A DNA stretch of 64,000 nucleotides from Octopus vulgaris (taxonomy: Eukaryota): NCBI GenBank assembly GCA_951406725.2, contig OX597820.1, forward strand, positions 114,638,001-114,702,000, in the 5' to 3' direction. This document shows positions 26,435-39,206 of this stretch, piece by piece. Positions within the stretch are counted from its first letter, which is position 1. The number at the start of each line of letters is the position of its first letter. Both the position numbers and the translations under genes were made by a program. The notes beneath the pieces were generated by a model. The model saw only the letters and a program-made list of their open reading frames with translations. It did no database searches and was not told where the DNA came from.

Positions 26435-26715
26435 AATTATTGTATACAGTGCTCAGGTGCACCACAACTTGTCAGAAAGTGCATATAAAGTACATGCAGT
26501 AATGTAAAAATGTCTGGAAAGCGAACAATGTATGAGTCAGATACATGCTTGTGTGTGTATGGAGGGGAGAAAATCAAGTGTAGTGTTGGCGAATCTCAGA
26601 AAGCATGGAAGTTTTGAAGGATGCAGTGCTCCGACAACTAACAACTGATGCCGGCAGTTTGTTCCATGCTTCAGCAACTCTGAGCGTGAAAAAATGTTTC
26701 CTGAAGTCATGAAGT
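26400..26715 (-). mobile_element. CR1 LINE 3' end
   Basis: The minus strand reads HDFRKHFFTLRVAEAWNKLPASVV..FK (CR1 ORF2 C-terminus) and ends in a (TAT)n tail. The same tail occurs at about 41390-41434 on +. Confidence 0.75.
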
Positions 26716-27046
26716 AATATAATAAACCTGTAGATAGATCAGGAAATAGGGAGATGATGTGCATGGTTGAAGAGTGATGGGAAAGCAAGAAAGAGATGTA
26801 TTGTGACAGAGATGGAGAGGTGGCTTTTGTGAATGAATGAGAAAGGTGGTTGTGGGTCGTTGACAGCAGGTTTGGGATGATGTTAAGAATAGTGTCAGAT
26901 ATGAGGTATTAAAGGTAAGATAAGTCCTAAGATATAGCTCAAAGGAATGAGTTACAGCTCATGGTTCTAAACAAATGTGGTTGCTATTTTCCTTTCCTTT
27001 CTTTTCTTAATTTCTTTCTCTTTTTTTTTTCTGTTTTTTGTTACAG

Positions 27047-27220
27047 TCACAGATGCCACTGCTGCTTTGGATATAAAAGAACAGAACGCACCGATCCATT
27101 CAAATTACCAGGCACATCGAGCAATGCCACACGCAAACCCTACACAACCTGCTCACAGTGGTGTTCCACAGCAGCAGATGGCACCATCCAAAGGTTTATT
27201 TGCCTTTAACCTTGAAAATG
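27047..27220 (+). CDS. ANKRD40: ANKRD40-like exon 3b (tandem duplicate of 3a, phase 1-1)
   Basis: A long polypyrimidine tract and TTACAG| precede VTDATAALDIKEQNAPIHSNYQAHRAMPH...SKGLFAFNLEN. The donor G|GTTAGTAG is identical to that of 3a. Length is 174 nt and the frame is open. Confidence 0.8.
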
Positions 27221-27969
27221 GTTAGTAGCTTCATCATGTTACTTTTTATATAGATTGATTGGAATTGAAAACCAGAGAAGAATAAGCAAGCTATAGATAT
27301 AACTTCTGATAACCTTTTAAGCAATCAGTTTTTGTTTTTAATTTTTTTAATATCATCATCATTATCATTTTAATATCCACTTTTCCATGCTCTCATAGGT
27401 TGGACAGAATTCACTGAGGCAGATTTTTCTACAGTTAAATGAGATGCCCTTCCTGTCATTAGTCCTCACCTGTTTCCAAGCAAGTCAATATTTCCCTATG
27501 GCTAGACATGTCTTTTTACAGATCACTTGTGTGACCATGATGCATGTTTACTACTAACATGATATCAGGACAAGGGTACACACTAACACATGCACACACA
27601 CATATATATATATATATATGAAGGACTTTCAGTTTCTGTAAATCCATTCTAAAAGCTTTCTTGGCTTAGGGCTATTGTAGAAGACACTTGCACAAGGTGC
27701 CACACAATGGGACAGAACCTGAAAGCACATAGTTGGGAAGTAAGCTTCTTAACCACACAGCCACGTCTGCACCTATTTAACATATAATCCTAATTCAAGA
27801 CCACACACTAACAACACACTCGGTAATTGTTCAGTCTTCCCTTCTCTTACTGTTGTACTTATCCCATAATGGCTACGTACATAACCATGAACTTTACATG
27901 TGAAATTGTCTTTCTGTATCAAAAATCTTTTTGACTATGTAGGTTGTAAGTGTTTTTGATTGCTTGCAG

Positions 27970-28002
27970 CCCTTACTTATAGAGATGCTGCTGCTTTAAA
28001 TG
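27970..28002 (+). CDS. Candidate 33-nt microexon (ALTYRDAAALN), phase 1-1
   Basis: TTTTTGATTGCTTGCAG|CCCTTACTTATAGAGATGCTGCTGCTTTAAATG|GTATGT is frame-preserving. It shares DAAAL and the AATG|GT end with exons 3a/3b. Confidence 0.3.
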
Positions 28003-29033
28003 GTATGTCCTAGAGAAGGGATTGACAAGTTAGGTATCTTCTATGAAAGTATCAAATTTGCTCAATGCAGCAGCAAAACTTCCTTGATACATCTCATTGC
28101 TGTGGTCACAACAGAAACTTTTGCCACAAGATCTAAATCTTGGGATAATTTGCTTCCCAGGAAAAGATGTTCACAGCTAAAACACTGAGTGAAAGTGGCT
28201 AGTATTGTTGATGATGATGTTTGAGACAATATCATTGTTGTGTGTTCATGCATAAGTGTGATGGTATATTGTAAGATTGTCTTCTTTTTACCTGTAACAA
28301 TTGTCTTTGTGTCCCAATTGAAGAATATTTTCAAACTTTCTGTTCATGGAAGTAATGAAAAGCTAATGTGAAGAATTGAGATGTTGTTGAGAATGGTAAC
28401 AGGTATGAGAGTCCAAAGACGTAGCTCAAAGGAGAGGGTCACCCATGATTAGAAATGGTTAGAAATAGCAAGTCAATCATAAATGTAAAAGAGAGAAGGA
28501 CAAAAGTGGTTATAACTGAATCCTGTGATACATGGCTGTTAATAGAACATGGGTTGGTGAGAGCTGTGTCAGCACATGTAATAAGGTTGTCTTGTAGGAT
28601 ACTTCTGATTTAAGGGTGAGCAAATGAATAAAGTCCACAACCAAGCAATTTGATTAAGAAGTTCTAACATCAGGAATGTTGTCCACATTCACATGAGTAT
28701 GTAGATAAGTTATCTGATTAAATTAAGTTGTTGCCTCCCCAATTTTTTGTCTGATGAAAAAGAACCTTTGATTGAACATGATCGAAATTAAAACAGTAAA
28801 GACACAAATATCTCAAAAATCTCTGTAGAAATTGTTGCATTCAAACACAAGTGCAGGCATGGCTAAGTACTGGTATGGGTGTGTGTTGTTGAGAGGTTTG
28901 CTTCCCAACCACATTATTTCAGGTTCAATTTAACACTCAAGGTGCCAGTGTAAAACCAATGACACTTGCCCCAGGCTGACCAAACCCTTGAGAGTGGATT
29001 TGGTAGGCAGAAACTGAAAGAAGCTTGTAATTT

Positions 29034-30160
29034 ATCAGGTCATTAAGAATGCAGTGTTTGATTTTGAACTGAAAGTTTATTTTACTTTATCTTAACAAAA
29101 AGTAATGCATTTAATCTAAGTATGCTCCTAATTTATCAACACAATTTTGCCATTTTATCGGTAGATTATTTATGCCGGCAGCAAAGAATTCTGGAGAGCA
29201 AGAGGTGATGAAATCATGAAAGGCTGTTTTTGCACCTTCTCAAATTTGAAGTTTTTTTCATTTCAAAAAGTTGTTTAATGCCTGGAAAACGTGATAGTCA
29301 GTTGGTACAAGGTCTGGTGAATATGGTGGATGACAGAATACTTCCGAGTTCAGTTCCTGTAACTTGAGTAGCATTCTTTGTGCAACATGTGGTCAATCAT
29401 TGTCTTGCAAGAAAGTTAGCTAGTCTCTATTGATTAATATTGGTTGTTTAATTGCGAGTTCACTCATCATTTCATCCGTTGTAATTGACTTACCAGGTCC
29501 CATGAAGCTGTTGTGGATGACATCAGTGCTGGACCACCAAACGGATACCATTAGCTTTTTTTGGTGAATATTCTTTTTGGGATTGTGTTTTGGCACTCCA
29601 TCTCTATCCAACTACCATGCAGAATGCTTGCTGTTGCTGAAAAGAATCCATTTTTCATCACAAGTAACAATATGATGCAAAAATGGTTTGCTTTTATGCC
29701 CTGAACAGCAAGTTTCAAGACGACATGTCATTTGATGCTCATTCAGTTTGTGTGGTACCCGCTTGTCCAGATTCTTTACCTTACCAATTTGTTTCAGATG
29801 GTGTGATACAGTTGGAATGGAAATATCAAACCTTGCTGCTAACACACACGTAGTTTGAAATGTATCCACTTCCACTACAGTTTCCAGCTCATCATTATCC
29901 ACCTTGGTCTCAGGTAACCACGAAGTTGATTTTCAAGAGTAAAGTCACCTGACTGGAACTTCTAAAACCATCGACATACAGTGCACTCAGGCACCACATC
30001 TTCACCAAACACCTCATTGATGTTTCAAGCTGCCTGGGACGCATTGGTTTCATGATGGAATTCATATTTATAAATGCAAATTTTTTATCTATCCATGGGT
30101 TCACAAAAATTGATTTACAAGAGAAAACTCACAATATAATCAGACACCATGAATTGCATT
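29034..30160 (-). mobile_element. Degenerate mariner (Tc1/mariner) transposon
   Basis: Minus-strand pieces read RVPHKL (WVPHEL), IVTCDEKWI, KKLMVSVWW and PPYSPDLVPTDYHVF. The 5' end abuts a SINE at about 30165. Confidence 0.88.
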
Positions 30161-30776
30161 TCGGGCATGGCTGTGTGGTTTGGGAGCTTGCTTCCTAGCT
30201 ACATGGTTTTGGGTTCAGTCCCACTGCGTGGCACTTTGAGTAGGTGTCTTCCACTATAGCCCCGAGCCGACCGGAGCTTTGTGATTGAATTCGGTAGGTG
30301 GAAGTTACTGCCGTGTGTGTATGTGTGCGTATAGCTGCTCAGTGCCTCTCCAAAAGAGAGAGAGGGATGATGTAACTTTTCAATGTTGTAAAACAAGGAA
30401 TTGTCAGGATAAAACACCAGAATAAACGACTGTCTAACTTGGTGCAAAAGAAACTTGGACATTTCATTCTTAATGACCTGAAGCATATTGTATATGAGTG
30501 TCACTATCATACAAGTAGTCTCGTTCAATTCCAGTGTTCTGTAGAAACCTGTCTGGCCAAAAAGAAATATTTCTTTGCTTGTAAATAGGTGAGGGTTGGT
30601 AATAGGAGGACATCCATCTGTAGAAAATCTTCAATAAACACTATCTGACCCATGCAAGTATGGAAAAGGTGAATGTTAAAACTGATGATAATGATGACAC
30701 ACATGCATAAACATACATAAATACACTTGAAAATGTATAACAGGCATAGATATTAATTTGTTTATCTGTTTTCCAG

Positions 30777-31081
30777 AAATCGTCCTCAGAGCAAGAGTTG
30801 CCAATGTTGAAGAACAAGATTACATAGAAATAGAGTTGGATCGGTCTTCATTGACATTTGATGCCCTCCTGAACTTGTTGTGTCAAGAACTGAACATTGA
30901 TAAACGCCTTGTGTATAAAATACGTAAACTGCCCAATACGATCGTCCGCAAGGACAAAGATGTGAAGCGTCTTGTGGATTTCCAAGAATTAGAACTTATC
31001 CTTACTAACAAAGCCATCAGTGCCACATCTCGGACTTATGGTGTTGGCACGAAACTCAAGTCTGAACAAATTTTGTATTAA
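30777..31081 (+). CDS. ANKRD40: ANKRD40-like last coding exon (conserved C-terminal domain)
   Basis: Acceptor TGTTTTCCAG| precedes EIVLRARV...DYIEIELDR..LTF..LL...CQEL...KIRKLPNTIVRKDKDVKRLVDFQELELIL, which matches human ANKRD40 KIRKLPNTLLRKDKDVARLQDFQELELVL as recalled. The TAA stop is at 31079-31081. Confidence 0.95.
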
Positions 31082-31132
31082 AAAAATGTACTACAAGCTC
31101 ATGCACGAGCATGCATGCACATGCTCACCCCC

Positions 31133-31163
<31 letters not shown>

Positions 31164-31219
31164 ACATGCATGTAAACTTTGAAAGGAAGGAGCTAAGCAT
31201 CTCTTATCCTTAATATTAT

Positions 31220-32680
31220 AATGATGGTGGGGTGACTGGCGGATTCTGTAGAGCAACAGACTAAAGCTCTTTATGTTCTGAGTTCACTAACAACTAATAT
31301 TGACTTTCCCTTTCATCCATCTGGGTGAAATGAGGTCTTCATTTGATCAACTTTAAATAAGTTGATAAAATGAAGTACTAGTCAAGTACTAGGGTCAGTT
31401 TGACTAATTCTTACTCTCCACACCCCGAAAGATGTTTGGCTTTGTGCCTGTATGAGTTATTATTATTATTGATGAGCTGGCAGGATTGTTAACATGTCAG
31501 ACAAAATGCTTAGCAGAATCTCTTCTGGTTCTTTACATCTTGAGGTCAAATCCCACCAAGGTTGACTTATTTTTCATTCTTTTGGGGGTTGATAAAATAA
31601 ATGCCAGTTGAACACAGCAGGGGTTGATGTATTTGACCAGTGCCCTCCTCCAAAATTTCAGGCCTTCTGCCTATAACAGGAAGGATTATTATTAGGTTGG
31701 TCTGGATGACAGAGTTGTTAGAGCATCGGGCAAAATTCTTTGAGGTAGTTGTTCTGGCTCTTTACTTTCTGTGTTCAAATTTTGTTGAGGTCAACTTTTC
31801 CTTTCAGTCTTCTAGTCCTTGACTGATACTTTATTTTATCAACCTTTCTAGGGTTGATTAATATAAAGTATTAATAGTCAAGTACTGTGATTGATTTAAT
31901 CAACTCCTCCTCCCCCACAAAATTTCTGGTCTTGTGCTTATGTCTATTTAAGAAATCATTATCAGGTTGTCAGGTAGCAGAATGCTGAATAAAATTAATG
32001 TCTTGCAGTATTTAGTTGTTCTCTTACTTTCCAAGTTCAATTCTCGCCAGTGACAACTTCACATTTCATTCTTTTGGAGTTGAATAAAAGAAACTTCAAA
32101 TAAGTACCAGTCAAGCACTAAGGGCAGATAAACCAATTATACACTTCTGTCCCCAACTAAAAATAATTGTGACATTCTACCAATGCAGAAGACCATAAAT
32201 AAATTATTATGATTATTATATTTAGAAAAGTTGCGACGGCTGTATCATTAAAGCAACAGCCTCAATCAGTGCATTACAGTATTTAGTTTTGTCCCTCACA
32301 GTTCTGAGTTCAACTCCCATTGAGGTCAACTTTGCCTTACAATCCCTCTTGGGTCAATAAAATAAGTACCAGTAATTGGCTGGAATGATTTAATTTCATT
32401 TTACTCTGCTCCTGTAAACATAATTATGTTTACACGAGTGGTGGATGGCAAAATCAGTAGTTTTCAGCTGCAAAATGCCTTGTGGTATTTAGTTATATCT
32501 TTCTGAATTCTAAGTTCAAATCCTAACAGGATCAACGTAGTCATTCATCATTCTAGGATTGATGAAACAATTACCTGTCAGGTACTGATACAGTTTGAAC
32601 CAAATTTTCCCTCAACCTTTCAAAACAATAAAAAAAAAAAGATTTAATTTAGGCCTGGTGCCTAAGATTGAAACCATATT
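31220..32680 (+). mobile_element. Array of about 6-7 diverged SINE copies directly downstream of the ANKRD40 stop (likely 3' UTR)
   Basis: Repeated GGCAG(G/A)AT..TTCTGAGTTCAAAT..GGTCAACTTT..GATAAAATAAGTAC units. Confidence 0.7.
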
Positions 32681-34083
32681 TACTAGGGCTGATTTGTTAT
32701 TTTTATTAATGCACAAGTTTTGAGAGAGACCAAATTTACAGAGCTAGTTTCTATTTTTAGATGGAACTGCTTCATTTTGTTTACATCACTAATGCTTTTC
32801 AGAAAGGCATAAACATCATAAATTCACATAAACTGAAGGCATTGACCTTTTAAATATCTCAGGCTTCTACCCTATCTAAGAAATGCCAGATAATAATAAT
32901 AATAATAATAATAATAATTACACTTTTATTTCTTTGCTGTCAAAAAGGCCTTGGGAGAAAATGATGGCTCCTTCAAATTATTACATAATATATTTTTTTC
33001 AATCTTTTCAAAAACATTAGTTTTGCAAATTTGAAGAGGGATTAGTTTTCTAAATAATTAATAAGAGAAACATCTCAAAATTCAGAGAAGTTTAGTGGTA
33101 TGACTTCTTTTAATGCAGTGTGATTTTTTGTTCACATGTGCTGACTTAAAAAGTTATAAAGAACCTGAGCTTTCAAGAAATGACAGCTAATATTAACAAA
33201 CAGGTTAACATGGGTTAAAATTTTAGTTGGTTCTCATTATTTTTCTTTATTTTCCATATTCTTAATTGTACTTATATTTATATTTTGTTTCGACATACAC
33301 GCATATATATTTTGTTTTTACACACGTGCATATATATTTATATTTCTTTACATATATTTATTTATATAGATGTTCATATGCATATAACACATATTCCAGC
33401 ATACTTTAAAATAATTCTTAAAAATGATTTGCCAAAACCTGGTTCACATTCTATATAGAATTTGAACTTCATCACAGTTCTTCTTTCATTCTTAGTACAA
33501 AAAAACTGTCCAAAATATTTTTTAGTAAAATTTTCCTTCAACTGATTCACATACCATTTTATAGACTCAGAATACATGATGTGTGCACATACCATATTCC
33601 AGTATTCCACCTAAACAACACCATCTCATGTATGATAAAGTGATGAGTGAAGATTGTAAGATGCTGAGGAGATATGATACCAGGAACCAACTGACTGGGT
33701 TTGGATTTTTCACCCTCCTAACTGATTTTTGCTTATTTCTATGACTTCCAAATGTCATCAAACTTCTTAGTGTGGCATGTGTGTACACTAGATCTCTTTA
33801 ACTAACAACTGTACCCATCAAAATGGACAGAAATGTATGTATATATATATATATATATATTTATGAACACACCTGCACATATAGTATATATACACCTGTT
33901 TATTATAATTACACCAATACCTCAATTAGTAAAGTGAATATGTTCCACCTTTTTTTTTACTTTGCTATGTTGCCAGAAGGTAAAAGGTAAAATACAGTTC
34001 TTTTAATTATTGAAAGAAATATACATTCATTTAAAATACAATGTCTGTATATAAAATCTTTTGAAGAGAATTATATGTAATTT

Positions 34084-34127
34084 AATAAAAAGCATGCAGT
34101 CATACTTTAGTTTATGCAACAAATAAA
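34084..34127 (+). promoter_or_regulatory. Candidate polyadenylation signals of ANKRD40
   Basis: AATAAA occurs at 34084 and 34122 after about 1.4 kb of unique AT-rich sequence. A GT/T-rich tract follows at about 34160-34185. Confidence 0.3.
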
Positions 34128-35149
34128 AAATGTAAAACAATGAAAAATATGCTATGACTGGTTGTGTTAGGTTTTTTATTTTTATTGTGGTCTTCTAATT
34201 CTTCTTTATAACAGTTCATTGATATCATTACAGATCTTCCATTGCTGCATTCAGATTTTGGATTGTTTTGTGAAGATCAATCTAATGCACGAATTATTTC
34301 ACCAAGGTCTTTGTTGTTAAAACCAGTGTTGGAGGAATCTCCTTTCTGCTATCTGGAACTAGACACTTGTTATTCTGTTAAAATATGGTCTTCATAGGTT
34401 TAAGTGACTTGTTCAGTTTCTTGTTTCAACTGATGAAAGTTATTGCTTTTTTCTGAACAATTCCTTGGGAGAGTGGTGAGTGACACTTGTGAAACCTTAT
34501 CCACTCAGACACAAGGATTTTGCCATATTTACTTCATTTATTTTATTTCTTATGCTTGATAGTTTAGAAGTGTTGTGTTCACTTGAATTTTGTATGGCAA
34601 CTGTTATATTAAATTGATTATGGTTTTTAAAGTTGACAGAGGAAGTGCTGATAATTCCAGAACATTTATGTTCCATTTGTTTTGTAATCTTTAGTTTGGT
34701 AGCTGTTAATATTGCTTTAAGTTGACATGACAAATTCAAATAACAAGGGTACTAAATGAATCTTTGTAAAAAAAAAATCATCACCATCATTTTAATGTCT
34801 ACTTTTCCATGCTTGTATGGCTCATACACTGGAACATTGGAGTAGAGTTTTCTGTGGCCAAATGTCCTTCCTGATGGCAATCCTCACTTCCAAGCAAGGT
34901 TATAATCTTCCTGTCTATCAAACAGCAAATACCCCAAACTGAAAACAAATGACACTAACTGAGCCTTTTCGTTATAAAGATCATGCAACCCGAACATGCT
35001 TTTGTATTGGACTATAATCATATGAGACTGTCTGTGGGAATAGTGAGGCCTTTGTTTACAATCAGCAAACACACATGAAGTTGAGGGGGAAATAACACAC
35101 ACACAAATATATACACTGTCACATGCACACACACATACATACATAACTT

Positions 35150-35436
35150 TAAAAAGCACCATCCGTATGTGATCGATGGCAGCGCCACCTTGATTGACTT
35201 CCGTGTCAGTGGCACGTAAAAAGCACCAACTGATCGTGGCCATTGCCAGCCTCCCCTAGCACGTAAAAAGCACCCACTACACTCACGGAGTGGTTCGCGT
35301 TGGGAAGGGCATCCAGCTGTAGAAACTCTGCCAGATCAAGACTGGAGCATGGTGCAGCCACCTGGCTTCCCAGACCCCGGTCGAACCGTCCAACCCTTGC
35401 TCGCATGGAAAATGGACGTTAAACGATGATGATGAT
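35150..35436 (+). mobile_element. RTE-tail element
   Basis: Same family as 6168-6489, with a (GAT)n tail. Confidence 0.75.
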
Positions 35437-35471
35437 GTGTGTGTGTATGTATATATATATATGTGTGTATG

Positions 35472-35504
<33 letters not shown>

Positions 35505-36980
35505 ATATATGTATGTATATATTTATATTAACTTTCTTTCAACTCCTGTCTACCAAATCCACTTACAAGGCTTTAGTTGGCCCAGGCTGTAGCAGATGAT
35601 TACCCAAGGTGTCATGAAACCTGAGAACATTTTTGGGAAGCATACTTTAAGTTTTGAAATTGTTATACAAGTATTACAATAACAGGCTCCAAAATGCAGA
35701 AGCAGACTAACTGTGATTGACTGATTTTTTTTCTTTTATGTGCACTAATAAAACAACAAAATGTTTCTTTATGAGAAAGACACAAATTTGAGTGGAAAAG
35801 TCTGTGGTCAGCCAGGCAGGCAATGAAGAGGTTCATTTTTATCATGATCTTGTCTGTTAAATTGCTGCATTATTAATCTTTGTTATAAATAGGTTTCATT
35901 TAAAGAAGAAATATAAAACGAGATATTGGTACATAAACACACACATGCTCATGCAACATAAACTAAAAAGAGCCCTTTTTGCAGACCTAATTTTGTAAAT
36001 TCTATTTAGAGTATTATTAATTCTTCATTTTCTTTTCTTTACCTTTTTTGAACTACAAAGTTAGCACACAACTCTTGATGAAGGAATGTGTAAATTCATA
36101 TTTTGTTATCACTTGATACTGAAATGTTTATCACATGACTGATACAGTATTAATTTGCCATTATGATATTAAATATTACAATTGTAAACTTGTCTTCATG
36201 TTGTCATTTTGTTATGCTGTGCTAATGTTGGAATCTATTGACAATTCCTATCCTAGTCTTATGTATTGAGTTCAGATCTCTTTATCATAATCATCATTTA
36301 ACATTCAAACCAGCCATATCCAGCCCAAATATTCTACCTGCTTTAATGTTCAAATTGGCCAGATCCAGCCCCTTGCACCTACCCTACTATGCCATTCTAA
36401 AAGTAAACAATAATCTCATTGAAACCTGAAGCCACAAGATAATACATGAAAGTAATGTGAATAAAAATGCATTACATTTGACAGATATCTGAGTGCTAAA
36501 GGGTTAATGTTGGTTTTCCATGCTGGCATGGATTGGACAGTTTGACAGGAACCAGCAAGCCATAGGGCTGTGCTGTCCATTTTCATCAAAATATGCTAGT
36601 TTTATTATATGTGAACCACATTAAGATTATAATTTTTAGGAGTACATCTACGAGAGGTGTTCATTAAAGATTTCCACTGTGTTATTACACACTCAATAAC
36701 ACTATAAAAATGGTCAAATTTTCCCCAAGAACTTAATTCAATTTCAAAACTCCACCAGAATGGACGAAAGCACTAATATATGATATATGATGTATAAAAG
36801 CATGTAATATACAAATAAATATCTGTAAATATAAAACCATCCGAATTTCTGAGTACCTCATTTCTTCTAATATATAATACCTGTACATCATCTCCAAACC
36901 TTCTAATATATATATATATTATACACACATACATATATATATATATGTATGTATGTATATACATATATGCGTATATACAA

Positions 36981-37019
<39 letters not shown>

Positions 37020-37029
37020 CTATGTATGT

Positions 37030-37405
37030 ATTCTTTTACTTGTTTCAGTCATTTGACTGTGACCACGCTGTAGTACTTACTGCCTTTAGTTGTGCAAATT
37101 AAGCCCAGGACTTATTCTTTATAAGCTTAGTACTTATTCTATCGGTCACTTTTGCTGAACTTCTAAGTTACTGGGATGTAAACACACTAACATTGGTTGT
37201 CAAGCAATGTTGCAGGGACAAACACAGACATACAAACACACACATGATGGGTTTCTTTCAGTTTCCTCAACCAGATCCACTCACAAGGCTTTGGTCGGCC
37301 CAAGGCTATAGTAGAAGACACTTGACCAAGGTGCCATTCAGTAGGACTAAACCTGGAACCATGTGGTTGGTAAGCAAGCTACTTACCACACAGCCACTCC
37401 TGCGG
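37030..37405 (-). mobile_element. tRNA-derived SINE (same family as 20541-20920)
   Basis: Homologous over its full length. Confidence 0.85.
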
Positions 37406-37689
37406 AAATATTGAAAAATGAGAATGAATGCTCAACACATTGGTGGATAAAGATGCTTTATTTGTGTACTAAGGCTACCACTGGTTTCATGTTAAGGAAA
37501 TCATTAAGCTTCTCAAGCCTATCACATGGAACGTCAGTGTTTGTCCCACATTAGGATTAAAACATGAAAAATGGCATAAAATCACAATATATACACACAC
37601 ACACACACAAAAACATACATACACACACAGTGTGTGTTTGATTGCTTTATATATACATATATGCCATATAAACTCCCAAAACTAAAGAC

Positions 37690-38630
37690 CTTGATCAAGT
37701 ATGGATTCAGGACATCTGTATACCACAAGCCGACCTTCACTGGACGATACCTCAATTTCAACTCCCACCGTCCATACAGTGTAAAGAGAGGAATTGCTCA
37801 GTGCCTAAAACATCGAGCAAAGACTGTAAGTAGTGATCCTGATACCCACCACAAAGAAATGATCAAGCTATGTAACTATCTATTAAGCAACAACTATCCC
37901 AAAACCATACTGTCCACTTCAATTATGAAGAGAAGAGAGGATGAAACCAATAAACTGTCCACATTCTATCTACCCTCTCCGAAAAGATACAAAAGATATG
38001 CGGCCCATATGATATCAGGAAAACCATCCAAAACTGCATGTACTCCATCCCATGCAGCTGTGGTAGGTTATACAAAGGTGAAACATGCTGCCCCCTCAAC
38101 ATAAGGGTAGAGGAACATCGCAAAGTTGTGACACAGGGAGATATTGATAAATCGGGTATAGCTGATCATGTATGGAAAAATGGAGACCACCACCCCCTGT
38201 GGGATGAAGTTAAAATAATAGACAGAAAATACGAAAACTAAAAGAAGCAGCACATATGCTAGGACACAACAACCTCCTAAGCAGAGTGAGTGCAGATATG
38301 AGCAGCATATGGGAACCGGTATTAAGGAAGGATAGGAGAATATTAGATTTATTATCCCTAGAATTCACTCCATACTTGCCCATTGGCATATGGCATTGAC
38401 AGCATGAGCTACTAACTCCAAGATTCCAAGTTCGATTCCAGGCAGTGAACTGAATAACAATAATAGCATTGAAAAATACCTTAGGAATGAGAACCCAGGT
38501 TCAAACTTTTTCCCCAAGACACCTGATGAAGGCTGGAAGGTACATCAGCTGAAACGTTGTGTTAACAACAAACAAGATGAGGGCAAATATCCGTCAAATG
38601 TAAATAATGTACATAATTCCTCATCTCTTA
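37690..38630 (+). mobile_element. Penelope-like element remnant: RT thumb, GIY-YIG endonuclease and 3' pseudo-LTR
   Basis: It reads TSVYHKPTFTGRYLNFNSH.P...KRGIAQCL..RA..NNYP, then YSIPCSCGRLYKGET...L.IRVEEH (GIY-YIG), with frameshifts. Confidence 0.9.
38518..38563 (+). ncRNA. Minimal type-I hammerhead ribozyme motif in the Penelope pseudo-LTR
   Basis: GACAC-CTGATGA-A-GGCTG(loop)CAGCT-GAAAC-GTT-GTGTT gives stem I GACAC/GUGUU, an intact core and a palindromic stem III AACGTT. Confidence 0.7.
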
Positions 38631-39206
38631 TTGACAAAATAGGAATTTTGAAAAGAAGTGTCTATAAAATTAATTTTTAAACATCAAATGACTATGGAGG
38701 TCCACCAGAATAAAATAGTAATCAAAGGGGTTTCAGGTGAAAAAAAATGATTGAGAACCACTGCCCCAGATTATGGCTTGTTTTAGCCATGTGTTGAGGT
38801 ATGTGGTGTTTAAAAGTAAATAAGGTTGCTAGAGGTACAAAGTGGCCAGTCATTTGGAACCATGTTTGTGAGCTGGTTATGAGTGAATTACTGGCGATGA
38901 AAGGCTAAGTGTAGCACATAGAGTAGGTAGGTGTATTTGGAAGAGCCAGAGCTTCTGACCAAGAGGCTGCATGAGTTTTTGTCTGTTCTAAAGAAAAGGA
39001 GGGAAGATTGTGAAAGACAGGAAGAAGTAAAAGTTGAAGAGGATATTCTACTGAAGTAATACAACTAACAAGTTAAAGTAATGGCACATAATAGGACATT
39101 ATCTTTAGGTGTAGGCATATGAAGAAGAAATGTGCACTGTCAGTGGTCCAGGCTTGACAGAGAGTGGTGTTGATTGTCGATTCAGGATAGAACTGCAAGT
39201 GGGAAA

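Noticed and set aside
34200-34740. Coding-looking minus-strand stretch
   Set aside because: It has multiple stops and no recognisable motif or splice signals, so it cannot be assigned.
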